From: Candidatus Sericytochromatia bacterium | GTDB lineage: Bacteria > Cyanobacteriota > Sericytochromatia > S15B-MN24 > JAQBPE01 | Assembly (NCBI GenBank): GCA_035285125.1 | Contig: JAYKHR010000026.1 | Span: forward strand, 32,001-96,000 | Direction of reading: 5' to 3' | DNA: 64,000 nt | Shown here: piece after piece, positions 10,663 through 24,177 of the stretch | Position numbering within the stretch: the stretch's first letter is position 1 | Layout of the letters: every line of letters begins with the position of its first letter | Notes under the pieces: generated by a model | Seen by the model: only the letters and a program-made list of their open reading frames with translations | The model's database searches: none | What the model was told of the DNA's origin: nothing | Program-made: the position numbers and the translations under genes

Positions 10663-12354
10663 ATGTCCCGCTACCGACTTCTTGCGGCCCCCGTCGCTGC
10701 CACCATCGGCATCGCCGCCTTGCCGGCCCCCGCCCAGGCCCAGATCGTGGCCTACGATGCCCGCACGCTCGCGCTCGGCGGCAACACCGTGGGCTACGCG
10801 GCCAACGCCTCCCTCGCCTACTGGAACCCCGCGGCGGTGGGCAACAGCCGGAGCTTTGGCCTGTTCCTGCCCACCATCGGCGTCTCCATCAACAACAACG
10901 TCCTCGGTGTGCTCGAGGCTTCCACGCTCGTCGGGGCGGCGGGGCGGGGGACGGCTGCCCTCGGCAGCGCGCTCACCGGCAGCCAGGGTGGCTCCTCGAT
11001 CTTCACGCGGCTCGGCAGTGCCGAAGGCCTGAACATCCGTGCCCAGACCCTCGTGGAGCCCCTCGGGTTCTCCTTCGGCGTGGGCCCGGGCAGCGTGGCC
11101 TTGCGCGTCTACGGCGGGGCCACGGCGGTGGGCGCCATCAACCTGACGCCCGAGTTCGCGGGCGACCTGACCAACCTGTTCACGGGGAGCGGCGGCCGCA
11201 CGGGCTTCCAGGAGATCACCGACGCGGCTTCCAAGGTCTCGAGCGCCGCCAGCCAGGGCCTCGCCGCGGACCCGGCGGCGCTGCGGACTGACGTGAAGGC
11301 ACTTCAGGCGGCCCTCGAGAAGAACATGAAATCGTTCATCATCGACGGCAAGACCAAGACCAAGGCCACGCCGAAGGACTTCACGGCGACCGTCGCCTCG
11401 GGCGTCACGGGGGCCGTGGCGGCGACGTACGCCCAGGCTGTGCCGCTGCCGGCCGCGCTGACGCAGCGCCTCCCGGAGGCACAGCTCACGCTCGGGCTCA
11501 CGGGCAAGGTGCTGCAGAACGGGGCCGGCCTGGTGACCGTGCCGTCCGCCGCTGGTGGCCCGGCCCTGCCCGTGGGCGTGATGCCCCTGCCCGGGGGCAC
11601 GGGCACGACCTCCAACGCGACGTTCAATGCCCTGTCCGGGTCTGCCGCCGTCCGCCTCGAGATGGATCGGGAGGTCACAGACCTCGTCAACGCCATCGGC
11701 GCTTTCGACCAGAACGTCAACCTGGCGACCATCGGCGAGTTGCTCGGCTCCGTGCAGGGGTTCCTGACGAAGGGGTTGCCCCGGTCCTCGATCGTGTTCT
11801 CCAGCGAGACCCCCGACAACGTCGGCGTCGCGGCTGATCTCGGCGCCCACTTCCGCTTCAACAAGTGGTTCTCGGTGGGGGCCACGCTCGTCAACCCAGT
11901 CCTCTTCTGGAACGCCCGGAAGACGTCTTACCGCTACGTCATCGACACGAGCCCGAACTCGGCCAGCGCGATCGCGCTGGTGCAGGACGGCAAGACGGAG
12001 ACGGTGCCTTTCCGGGTCGCCGAGCCTTTCGCCGTGCGGGCCGGCGTGGCGCTCACGCCCCAGTTCGAGAAGTTCCCCGGGACGCTGCTCAACGACTCGC
12101 TCGTCACGGCTGGCATCGACGCGCCCATCATCACGGGCCTGAACGTGCCGGGCCGGCCCGTGCTGTCGGTCGGCCTTGAGAAGCTGGTCGGGCCTTTCGC
12201 GCTTCGCGTGGGCACCCAGCAACTGGGTTATGCCCCCGTCTACACGGCCGGCTTGGGCCTGCAGACGCGGTGGGTCCAGATCAATGCCGGCGCCGGGGCC
12301 GACCTCGCGTTGCGTGGGGCGGCCGGGTCGGTCACGCTGGGCATCGGATTCTGA
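10663..12354 (+). CDS. Outer-membrane beta-barrel protein, TraF_2/FadL/PorV-like
   Basis: Signal peptide (AQA-Q); N-terminal ARTLALGG...AYWNPAAV hatch motif; alternating beta strands and C-terminal Phe (VTLGIGF). Confidence 0.7.
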   Translation: MSRYRLLAAPVAATIGIAALPAPAQAQIVAYDARTLALGGNTVGYAANASLAYWNPAAVGNSRSFGLFLPTIGVSINNNVLGVLEASTLVGAAGRGTAALGSALTGSQGGSSIFTRLGSAEGLNIRAQTLVEPLGFSFGVGPGSVALRVYGGATAVGAINLTPEFAGDLTNLFTGSGGRTGFQEITDAASKVSSAASQGLAADPAALRTDVKALQAALEKNMKSFIIDGKTKTKATPKDFTATVASGVTGAVAATYAQAVPLPAALTQRLPEAQLTLGLTGKVLQNGAGLVTVPSAAGGPALPVGVMPLPGGTGTTSNATFNALSGSAAVRLEMDREVTDLVNAIGAFDQNVNLATIGELLGSVQGFLTKGLPRSSIVFSSETPDNVGVAADLGAHFRFNKWFSVGATLVNPVLFWNARKTSYRYVIDTSPNSASAIALVQDGKTETVPFRVAEPFAVRAGVALTPQFEKFPGTLLNDSLVTAGIDAPIITGLNVPGRPVLSVGLEKLVGPFALRVGTQQLGYAPVYTAGLGLQTRWVQINAGAGADLALRGAAGSVTLGIGF

Positions 12355-12368
12355 GGGGGGAGGCCACC

Positions 12369-13007
12369 ACGAGGTTCTGGACCCGCTCCCCCAAGGAGCG
12401 CCCCGCATCAGAGGCGCCTCTCCCCGTGAGAGGCGCCCATCGCCACGTCACGGTCCTGTTCGCTGACATCGAGGGCTTCACGGCCCTGGCTGAGCGCCTG
12501 CCGCCCGATGCGGTGGTCACCCTGCTCAACGAGTACTTCGGCGTCATGGCCGCCGTGGTCGAGCGCTTCCACGGCCGCATCGACAAGTACATCGGGGATG
12601 CGATGCTCGTCGTCTGGGAGCAACCGGTGCGCGACGGCGCTGCCCTGGCCGCCCAGGCGGCCCTGGCGATGCAGCTTGCCCTGTCGGAGTTGCAAAGCAA
12701 GTGGCTGGCCGAGGGCCGCGTGCCGCTGAAGAACCGCATCGGCATTTGCTCGGGGCAGGTCATCGAGGGGATGATCGGCGGCCCTGCCCGGCAAGACCGG
12801 ACGGTGATCGGCGATGCGGTCAACACCGCCGCTCGGCTGGAGGCCATGAACAAAGACCTGCACACGGACATCATCCTGAGCCAGAGCACCTACGAGCTGG
12901 TGCAGCCCCACGCCCGGGTGAGGGCGCTCGGCACCTACCCCATCAAGGGGCGGCAGGCGCCCATGGCCATCTACGCGCTGGTGGGATGGAGGCAGGATGA
13001 CGCCTGA
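12369..13007 (+). CDS. Class III adenylate cyclase catalytic domain (stand-alone); start uncertain (ACG 12369 or GTG 12426)
   Basis: VLFADIEGFT, IDKYIGDAM, DRTVIGDAVNTAARLE, IKGR; Lys/Asp specificity pair indicates ATP. Confidence 0.9.
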   Translation, partial: TRFWTRSPKERPASEAPLPVRGAHRHVTVLFADIEGFTALAERLPPDAVVTLLNEYFGVMAAVVERFHGRIDKYIGDAMLVVWEQPVRDGAALAAQAALAMQLALSELQSKWLAEGRVPLKNRIGICSGQVIEGMIGGPARQDRTVIGDAVNTAARLEAMNKDLHTDIILSQSTYELVQPHARVRALGTYPIKGRQAPMAIYALVGWRQDDA

Positions 13008-13809
13008 CCCCTCCCACGCCGTCGCCGTGGTCTTCCTGTCTGATCTGCGCCTGGTCTCGAGCGTTGGGGCGTTAGGCGCCTACGGCTTCTGGTTGCTGAC
13101 GGGGCGGTCCTCGGCGGCCTCCCTGGCGCGCCTGGCTCTGGTGGTCGTGCTGCTGGGCTCGCTGGGCATGATGGGCCTGGCGGGGCTGTCGGAGCTGCCG
13201 CTGCGGGAGTGGTTCCTGGTGGCCTGGGTGATGGTCTGGCTGTTGGGCAGCCTGGTCTTCAACCTGGCTGCCCTCGGGGGGGCGGTGGCCGCTGGGGCCG
13301 TCTTGCTCATCGGGTGGTCCTACGTCGCGCCGGCGGGTTGGGGCGGGGCGAGCGGTGCCGACGTGCCCGACCTCGTGCGGTACTGGAGCTCGCTGCGCGA
13401 CGCTTTGGCCGCGGTCGGCGCAGCATGCGTGAGCCTGGCCATCGGGGCTGGCGTGGTCCGGGCCGTCGTCGGCGACAGGCGAACCAGCCAGGCCTACGCG
13501 CCGACGGACCTGGTGGCGGTCGCAAGCCTGTACGCCCGGCTGGGGGCTGGCCTTGCCGCGCTCGGCCTGCTTGCGGCGGGCCTCGCGTGGCGGCATGACC
13601 CCGGCGGAGGGGGGCTGCACCTCGTGCGCGGCGTCGGGATGGCGTGGCTGCTCGGTGTGGCCCTTGCCTGGCTGACGGGACCGCGGGCCGGCCTGGTTCC
13701 GGCCTGGCGCCTGGTCCTTCTCGCGGTGCTGGGAGGTGGGGCCTGCGGATGGTTGTTCGCGGGCGCCAGGCTGGCTGCCTACTTGACCCCGGGCATCGCG
13801 GCTCCTTAA
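12997..13809 (+). CDS. Polytopic membrane protein, degenerate CcsA/ResC-like
   Basis: About 8 hydrophobic segments; VPDLVRYW resembles CcsA VPALQSxW, but there is no His or WWD motif. Confidence 0.55.
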   Translation: MTPDPSHAVAVVFLSDLRLVSSVGALGAYGFWLLTGRSSAASLARLALVVVLLGSLGMMGLAGLSELPLREWFLVAWVMVWLLGSLVFNLAALGGAVAAGAVLLIGWSYVAPAGWGGASGADVPDLVRYWSSLRDALAAVGAACVSLAIGAGVVRAVVGDRRTSQAYAPTDLVAVASLYARLGAGLAALGLLAAGLAWRHDPGGGGLHLVRGVGMAWLLGVALAWLTGPRAGLVPAWRLVLLAVLGGGACGWLFAGARLAAYLTPGIAAP

Positions 13810-13829
13810 ACTCACGCAGAGGTTTCTGT

Positions 13830-14489
13830 GTGACTGACCCGGCCCACAACGTGACGACAGCCGAGCAACCGGCTCCGGATGAGACCCGGGCCCCGGCTTC
13901 CGGGCCCTTTGAGCGCGTCTTGGCCTGGTGGAAGGCGCCCAAGTCCAAGGGGCGGGAAAACGTCGAGACCTTTGTCGTGGCACTCGGGCTGGCGTTGGTC
14001 GTCCGCGCCACGGTGGCCGAGGCCCGCTTCATTCCTTCCGAGTCGATGCTCCCCACCTTGGAGGTCGGCGACAGGCTGATTGTGGAGAAGGTTTCCTATC
14101 GCTTCGAGATGCCAGAACGCGGCGATATCGTGGTGTTCGAGCCCCCCTTGGCGGCGACGGCCGGCCTGCGGACAGGCAACGCGTTCATCAAGCGCGTGGT
14201 GGGGTTGCCCGGGGAACGCATCGACATCCGGGGGGGCAAGGTGTTCATCGAGGGCCGGCCCCTGGATGAACCTTACATCCTCGAGGCGCCCAGGTACCCG
14301 GACCCTGACTGGGAACTGCTCGACATGCCGGGAGGGCTGATCCCCGCCGACGCGGTCTTCGTGATGGGTGACAACCGGAACAACAGCCAGGACAGCCACG
14401 TCTGGGGGCCCCTGCCGATCGCCAACATCATCGGGCAGACCGTCTTCCGGTTCTGGCCGGTGGCGCGCGTCGGTGTGGTGCAGTCCTGA
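13830..14489 (+). CDS. lepB: Signal peptidase I
   Basis: IPSESMLPTL (catalytic Ser), FIKRVVGLPGE (catalytic Lys), GDNRNNSQDSH. Confidence 0.96.
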   Translation: MTDPAHNVTTAEQPAPDETRAPASGPFERVLAWWKAPKSKGRENVETFVVALGLALVVRATVAEARFIPSESMLPTLEVGDRLIVEKVSYRFEMPERGDIVVFEPPLAATAGLRTGNAFIKRVVGLPGERIDIRGGKVFIEGRPLDEPYILEAPRYPDPDWELLDMPGGLIPADAVFVMGDNRNNSQDSHVWGPLPIANIIGQTVFRFWPVARVGVVQS

Positions 14490-14550
14490 GCACAGCCCGG
14501 CTGTGACGCCTCGCCTTGTGAAGCGCGCGCCGCCTGGTTAAGATTTTCTC

Positions 14551-14814
14551 ATGCCGGCGTTGGATGCAGACGAATGGCTCGCGGCCGTGATGGCCGACGA
14601 GGGCTGGCAGGCCCCGCTCGCCGAGGCCTCCCGCCTCGCGATTGTCGCGCGGCTGGAGGCCTTGCTGCCCCCGGGCACGACCATCGCCAGCGACGAAGGT
14701 GATCGGCTGCGGGCAGCGCTGCGGGAGCTTGCCACCCTGGCCGAACGCCTGGCGGCGGGTACCCTCGACGAGGCAGCGCTCGTGGGGGCTTGGTCGAGGT
14801 CGCTGCGTGCCTGA
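14551..14814 (+). CDS. Small helical hypothetical protein
   Basis: 87-aa ORF filling the gap; its stop overlaps the start of the next gene. Confidence 0.5.
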   Translation: MPALDADEWLAAVMADEGWQAPLAEASRLAIVARLEALLPPGTTIASDEGDRLRAALRELATLAERLAAGTLDEAALVGAWSRSLRA

Positions 14815-15979
14815 CGGGGGCCGCGGCGTGGGGGCCGGAGCCGCGTGGCTGGCCGTGGTCGCGGCGTGGGCCGTGGCGCTGCCCGCCTGGGCGTCGCCCC
14901 TGTCGCTGCGGGTGGGCTTGCTGGAGGGGGTCGGTTCGACCACGTTGGCGGCCTCCGTGGAGGCCTCGGTCCAGGATGGGACCGGGCGCGAGGTCGCGCG
15001 GCTCGCGCCCGTCGAGGGCTGGAGCGCCAGCGCCTCCCAGGGGGCCATCCAGCTGCGCGGCCCGCGCGGCCAGTCGCTGCGCCTCGCCGCCGGGGCGCGG
15101 ATCGTGCCGGCGGCCTCGGTGGCCACCCCGCTCGTCTTCGCTGGCAACCGGTGGTATCGCGGCACGCTCGAGCTCAGGACCGGCAAGGGCGGGCTGGTGG
15201 TGGTGAACCGCGTCGACCTGGAGGCCTACCTGTACGGGGTGGTCCCGTCGGAGATGTCTGCGAACTGGCCCGAGGCGGCGCTTCGCTGTCAGGCGGTGGC
15301 GGCGCGCTCCTACGCGCTCGCCAACCTCGGGAAGCACGGCAAGGCAGGATTCGACATCTGCGACACTGACGAGTGCCAGGTGTACAAGGGCGCAGGCCGC
15401 GAGGCGCTGGCCTCGAACCTGGCGGTGGAGGCGACCCGGGCCATGGTGTTGATGCAGGGGGGGCGGGTTCTACCTGCCTTTTTCCACGCCTCCTCCGGCG
15501 GCTACACCGAGAACAGTGAGGACGTCTGGGTGCAGCGGCTAGACCACATCCGGGCCGTGCCTGACTATGACCAGAACTCGCCGCACTACACCTGGTACAA
15601 GAACGTCGACGCTAGCCACCTGGCCTCGCGGCTCGCCAACCGGGGCGTCCGGGTGGGCGGGCTGCGAGACATCCAGGCTGTCTCACGGTCCTACTCGGGC
15701 AGGGTGCGCGAGGTTCGCGTCGTGGGCACGTCCGGCACCCGCACCATCTCGGGAGAGACCCTGCGGATTGCGGCAGGCCTCAACAGCACGCTGTTCAACC
15801 TGGCCCCTCGGGGCGGCAGCAGTGGCCTGCCGGCCGAGTTTGCGTTTGCCGGGAGGGGATGGGGCCACGGCCTCGGCATGTCGCAGTGGGGGGCGCGGCG
15901 GCTCGCGGAGGCGGGATACGCCTTCAGCCAGATCCTGGCCCACTACTACCCTGGCTCGTCCCTCGAACGCCTGCCCTGA
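14807..15979 (+). CDS. SpoIID/LytB domain protein (lytic transglycosylase-like)
   Basis: LEAYLYGVVPSEM, AVAARSYA, CQVY, GWGHGLGMSQWGA, ILAHYYPG; signal peptide. Confidence 0.93.
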   Translation: MPDGGRGVGAGAAWLAVVAAWAVALPAWASPLSLRVGLLEGVGSTTLAASVEASVQDGTGREVARLAPVEGWSASASQGAIQLRGPRGQSLRLAAGARIVPAASVATPLVFAGNRWYRGTLELRTGKGGLVVVNRVDLEAYLYGVVPSEMSANWPEAALRCQAVAARSYALANLGKHGKAGFDICDTDECQVYKGAGREALASNLAVEATRAMVLMQGGRVLPAFFHASSGGYTENSEDVWVQRLDHIRAVPDYDQNSPHYTWYKNVDASHLASRLANRGVRVGGLRDIQAVSRSYSGRVREVRVVGTSGTRTISGETLRIAAGLNSTLFNLAPRGGSSGLPAEFAFAGRGWGHGLGMSQWGARRLAEAGYAFSQILAHYYPGSSLERLP

Positions 15980-16036
15980 GGCTCGGCAGGTCTGCCGTCA
16001 CGGGCTGAGCGGGGCTCGGCTCGGGGGCCTTGTGCC

Positions 16037-16729
16037 TCAGACGATGGCCTGGCGCGACCCCGCTCGCCAGGCCTCGGCCTCCCGGACGATGCGCTCGGCG
16101 AGCGCCTCGGGCACGGCCGTGCCGTCGAGCTTGAGGTGGTAGGGGATGTCGTCCACGAGAGCCTCCGTCGGGTCAGATGACCAGGCCGGATCCCAGTGGC
16201 CGTCGCGCTGGATGATGCGCCGCTGCCGCTCCCCGAGGGGCACGTCCAGGTAGACGACGAAGAAGCCGAGCCGACGGAGGTAGTCGCCCTCCAGCGGGAA
16301 GCGCATGTCATCGACGACGACGGGGCCCGGGGAGCGCAGGTGGTCTCGGCGCCAGCGCCCGATCCAGTAGCCGGGATGCCCCCAGCAATAGGCATAGCCC
16401 TCGTCGTACAGGGCCCTGTGAAGGGCCTCCACGCGCTCCGCCGGGGCGCCGGGGAAGATGTGGTCCGCGAGGGCCGACACCCGTTCGCGGCGCGCCGTCG
16501 ACAGGGGCGTGTCGATGCCCTGCCAGGCCGGCGAGCGGGCGGCGCCACCCACACGCTGCAGGACGCCGCGGTCGGTCTTCTTGTCGACAGAGCGCCCCAG
16601 CAGGAGCGTCGTGAGGTAGCGCAGCGGGTCTGCGAAGCTGAGGCGCCTGTAGCGGTGGCTGCCCGCCAGCACGTTCGCCACCGTCGTCTTGCCCGCCCCC
16701 ATGGGGCCTGCGATGCCAACCTCGACCAC
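16037..16729 (-). CDS. P-loop kinase, deoxynucleoside monophosphate kinase-like
   Basis: GIAGPMGAGKTT Walker A, SFADPLR, VVVDDMRFPLE. Confidence 0.75.
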   Translation of the reverse strand: MVEVGIAGPMGAGKTTVANVLAGSHRYRRLSFADPLRYLTTLLLGRSVDKKTDRGVLQRVGGAARSPAWQGIDTPLSTARRERVSALADHIFPGAPAERVEALHRALYDEGYAYCWGHPGYWIGRWRRDHLRSPGPVVVDDMRFPLEGDYLRRLGFFVVYLDVPLGERQRRIIQRDGHWDPAWSSDPTEALVDDIPYHLKLDGTAVPEALAERIVREAEAWRAGSRQAIV

Positions 16730-16796
16730 GCCTGGGCCTCCTCTTCGCGATGACGCCCCATCATACTCCCCCGGGTTGACCCGGGGTAGGTGGCGG

Positions 16797-20828
<4,032 letters not shown>

Positions 20829-21092
20829 TTCGATCCCCTCGATCCAGGCATGGTGGGCATCTTCGACGGTTGCGAGGAGGCCTCCAGGCTATGCGGATCA
20901 TAGATCGCCCCCGGGCCGGTGTCTATGACGGACGCACCCGTCTGCGAGACGTTCCTGCGGTTTTTGCCGCGGCAGCGCACCCTGCGGCAAAAAATTCGGA
21001 AAACGGTAGCAAGTCTTGCCTCGGATGGGGTATAAGTTTAATGTCTGGTTAAACCTGGGCGTCGCTGCCTTAACTCGGGTGGAGGACCTTCC

Positions 21093-21395
21093 GTGCGCAA
21101 CATGATGGCTTTTGTCTGCCCTGAACTCGACACCACCTACGAGGACGCCTACAGCGAGCTCAGCGAGCACCTGGAGATGCCGGTGGCTGAGGTGGTGCGG
21201 AAGTTTCCGCCGGATGACGCCGTCGCGCGGCTCCGCTACCACCGCCGCCAGGCGCGCCGCCGCGCCGTGTTCCAGGAGCTCGCCGACGAGCTGAACGTGG
21301 ATGTGACGACGGTCTTCGCCGCCTGCTCGGTGGATGGGGCGCACATCCTGCTCGATGCCGTTCGCAGCCGGCGCGGTGCTGCCAGCCACGGCTGA
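21093..21395 (+). CDS. Small hypothetical protein with two HTH-like repeats
   Basis: GGAGGA upstream of GTG; internal repeat ELSEHLEMPVAEV / ELADELNVDVTTV. Confidence 0.7.
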   Translation: MRNMMAFVCPELDTTYEDAYSELSEHLEMPVAEVVRKFPPDDAVARLRYHRRQARRRAVFQELADELNVDVTTVFAACSVDGAHILLDAVRSRRGAASHG

Positions 21396-21570
21396 ACGGT
21401 CGCTCCCTGGCGTCTGGTGGCCTCGCCCCGGCAACGGTCGGGGCCTTTGCGTTGGTGATGACCTCCCCCCGGGGCTGCTCGGGGGCTCGGGGTGGTGACG
21501 CTCGCGACGGCCGGGGGTGTTCCCCCCCGTGCTAGACTGAAGCGCCACCCCGCGACAGGTCAGCCTCCAG

Positions 21571-23406
21571 ATGGTCGATGTGAAGACGCCCCCCACCGCC
21601 CCCTCGCCTGCCCAGCGCCGGGCAGAGATCGCGTCGATCCTGTTCAAGCACGGTTACGACGCGCTGCTGTACCACCTGTCGCTGGCCGAGTTCCTGCCAG
21701 CCACGCTCCGAGGCCGGCTCTCGCGCTACAGCCTATCGGCTCGGAACCTCACGGACGACGGCGAGGAGGTTGAGCTCAAGCTGCCGCTGCCGCAGGTGCT
21801 GCGGACGATCTTGGAGGAACTGGGCCCCACCTTCGTGAAGCTGGGGCAGGTGATGTCGACGCGCGCGGACATCCTGCCGCCAGCCTACATCCGGGAGCTC
21901 TCCAAGCTGCAGGAGAAGGTCACGGCCATCGACTGGTCCCAGATGGAGAGCGTCCTGCTCGACGAGTGGAACGCCCGCGTTCGTGACCGGAACCTGGGTG
22001 AACCCGAGGCCACCAGCGCCCGCCAGATCTTCCACGACTTTGACCCTGTGCCTCTCGCGGCCGGCAGCATCGGGCAGGTCTACAGGGCGGTCATTGTGGA
22101 CCCTGCCTCGAAGGTACCGCAGCAGGTCATCGTGAAGCTCCAACGGCCCGGCGTGCAGGGCATCGTGGAGGCTGACTTGAAGCTCCTGCGGGAGTTCTCG
22201 CGCAACCTCTCCAAGAGCTTCGAGTGGGCCCGGTTCTACAACCTGAACGAGATTGTCGAGGAGTTCGCCGGCGTCATCAGCGGCGAGATGGACTTCGCCA
22301 GGGAGGGCACCAACACCGAGATCATCGGCGTTTCCCTCAAGAAGCACTACGCCCGGCAGGTCTCCACCCCCCGCGTGTACTGGGACTACTCCGGCCACCG
22401 AATGCTGACGCTGGAGTTCGTGGAGGGCGTCAAGATCTCCAGCCTGTTCCCGGGCTATGTGGCCCCCCCGGGGGCGCCGGCTGGCCTCGACCTCACGGTG
22501 GAGCAACGCAAGCTGCTCGCGCAGACCATCACCAACGTTTTCCTGCAGCAGATCTTCGTCGAGGGTTTCTTCCACGCGGATCCCCACCCTGGCAACATCA
22601 TGGTCCGCTGGGATCGCAAGCTGAACCGGCCGGAGCTGGTCATCATCGACTTCGGCATGGTGGGTCGACTCGACCCCCGCTCCCGCGACCTGCTGATCGA
22701 CTTCCTGCTCGCCATCGTGCAGTTCGACGCCGCCCGGGCCACCGAGCGCATCCTGGAGTACGGCCAGCCGAGCCGGAACATCGACCGCCATGCGCTCGCC
22801 ACCGAGCTGGACCACCTGCTGCGCTCGGTGCTGGGCAAGCCCATCAAGGAGGTCGAGGTCGGTCAGCTGCTGCAGCAGATCCTCAACCTGATGGTGCAGT
22901 ACCGGGTCCGCATGCCGCCCAGTTTCCTGATGATGGCCCGCGTCTTCGTGACGATCGAGGGCATCAACCGGCAGCTCGATGACGAATACATGCTCATCAA
23001 GGTGGCCGAGCCCTTCATCATGCAGACGCTGACGGACCAGTTCTTCCAGCAGCTGAACCGGCAGGAACTCGCTCGCACCGCCATCGACTGGCGCAACATC
23101 GCCGCCCGGACCCCCCGGCAGCTCGACGACATCCTGACCCAGCTCAACGCCGGGCGGCTCCGCTTCGAGTACAACATGCTGGGCCTCGACCAGCTCCAGC
23201 GGACCATTGCTGTGATCGGCAACAAGATCAGCTTCTCGCTGCTGGTCGCCTCGATGATCCTCGGGGCCGCGATTGTCATGCACGCGCCGTCCACGCACCG
23301 CCTGTTCGGCTACCCGGTGCTCAGCCTGGCCATCTTCTCCGTCTCGGCTCTGATGGCACTCTGGCTGATTGTCGCCATCATGCGCTCTGGCACCCTGCGC
23401 CAGTGA
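21571..23406 (+). CDS. ABC1/UbiB (AarF) family atypical kinase
   Basis: LGPTFVKLGQ, AAGSIGQVY, VKLQRP, FFHADPHPGN, IDFGMVG; two C-terminal TM helices. Confidence 0.95.
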   Translation: MVDVKTPPTAPSPAQRRAEIASILFKHGYDALLYHLSLAEFLPATLRGRLSRYSLSARNLTDDGEEVELKLPLPQVLRTILEELGPTFVKLGQVMSTRADILPPAYIRELSKLQEKVTAIDWSQMESVLLDEWNARVRDRNLGEPEATSARQIFHDFDPVPLAAGSIGQVYRAVIVDPASKVPQQVIVKLQRPGVQGIVEADLKLLREFSRNLSKSFEWARFYNLNEIVEEFAGVISGEMDFAREGTNTEIIGVSLKKHYARQVSTPRVYWDYSGHRMLTLEFVEGVKISSLFPGYVAPPGAPAGLDLTVEQRKLLAQTITNVFLQQIFVEGFFHADPHPGNIMVRWDRKLNRPELVIIDFGMVGRLDPRSRDLLIDFLLAIVQFDAARATERILEYGQPSRNIDRHALATELDHLLRSVLGKPIKEVEVGQLLQQILNLMVQYRVRMPPSFLMMARVFVTIEGINRQLDDEYMLIKVAEPFIMQTLTDQFFQQLNRQELARTAIDWRNIAARTPRQLDDILTQLNAGRLRFEYNMLGLDQLQRTIAVIGNKISFSLLVASMILGAAIVMHAPSTHRLFGYPVLSLAIFSVSALMALWLIVAIMRSGTLRQ

Positions 23407-23421
23407 CGCGCGGCTAAGCGT

Positions 23422-24162
23422 TCAGCGCCTGCCTGCGCTCTTCTTCTTGCCCTCGGGCTTGCCCTTGGCGGGCGGCTTGCCCTTCGCACCCTTGGCGTCG
23501 GGCTTGGCGTCGCCCTTCGCGCTGTCCTTCTTGCCGCCGAAGAGCGCCATCAGCTTCCCGAAGAAGCCGCCGCTTTCGGCCTTCTGCTGCCCGGGCGCCT
23601 GGTAGTGCTGCCGGACGATCTTGTGCTTCTTGTCTAGCTTCAGCGCCTGCTCGAAGGCCTTGTTCGCGGGCGTTTTCAGGCCCTGCTGGTGGTAGGCGAG
23701 GCCGAGGTAGGCCGGGTAATCCGCCACGGTCGGATCCAGCCGGGCGGCCTCCTTGTAATGCTGGATGCACTTAGACCAGTTCTTGGCCTTGTGGGCCACC
23801 AGCCCGGCCTCGTACTGGTTGCGGGCCTGCTTTTGACGGGCCTCGCTGACGTTGCCGTCGTCGTCGATGCTCTTCCCGGGAGTGCCTCCCCCACCCTTGG
23901 CAGCGGGAGCGCTGCTGCCCGCGAAGCCCAGCCGGCGGGCGAAGTCGTACTCGGCCCGTTCCTCTTCGTCCTTCAGGATGTTGTAAGCGTTCGTGACCTT
24001 GCTGAAGCGCGTGGTGGCCTCGTCGCGCTTGGCAGGGTCATCCGGGAACCTGTCCGGGTGCAGCTCGATCGCGAGCTTCTTATAGGCCTTACGAATCTCG
24101 TCGGAGGTTGCGGTCTCCTCGACGCCGAGCAGTTCGTAGAGGTCCTCCTCCCACAGTTCCAC
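23422..24162 (-). CDS. J-domain protein with TPR repeats and Lys-rich tail
   Basis: DLYELLGV...LHPD J-domain; TPR-like EAARLDP...AYLGLAY. Confidence 0.88.
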   Translation of the reverse strand: MELWEEDLYELLGVEETATSDEIRKAYKKLAIELHPDRFPDDPAKRDEATTRFSKVTNAYNILKDEEERAEYDFARRLGFAGSSAPAAKGGGGTPGKSIDDDGNVSEARQKQARNQYEAGLVAHKAKNWSKCIQHYKEAARLDPTVADYPAYLGLAYHQQGLKTPANKAFEQALKLDKKHKIVRQHYQAPGQQKAESGGFFGKLMALFGGKKDSAKGDAKPDAKGAKGKPPAKGKPEGKKKSAGRR

Positions 24163-24177
24163 GTAAGCTCCTCAGAA

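Noticed and set aside
10663..12354. TraF-like gene as evidence of a conjugative element
   Set aside because: No relaxase, T4SS, integrase or att sites; flanked by housekeeping genes
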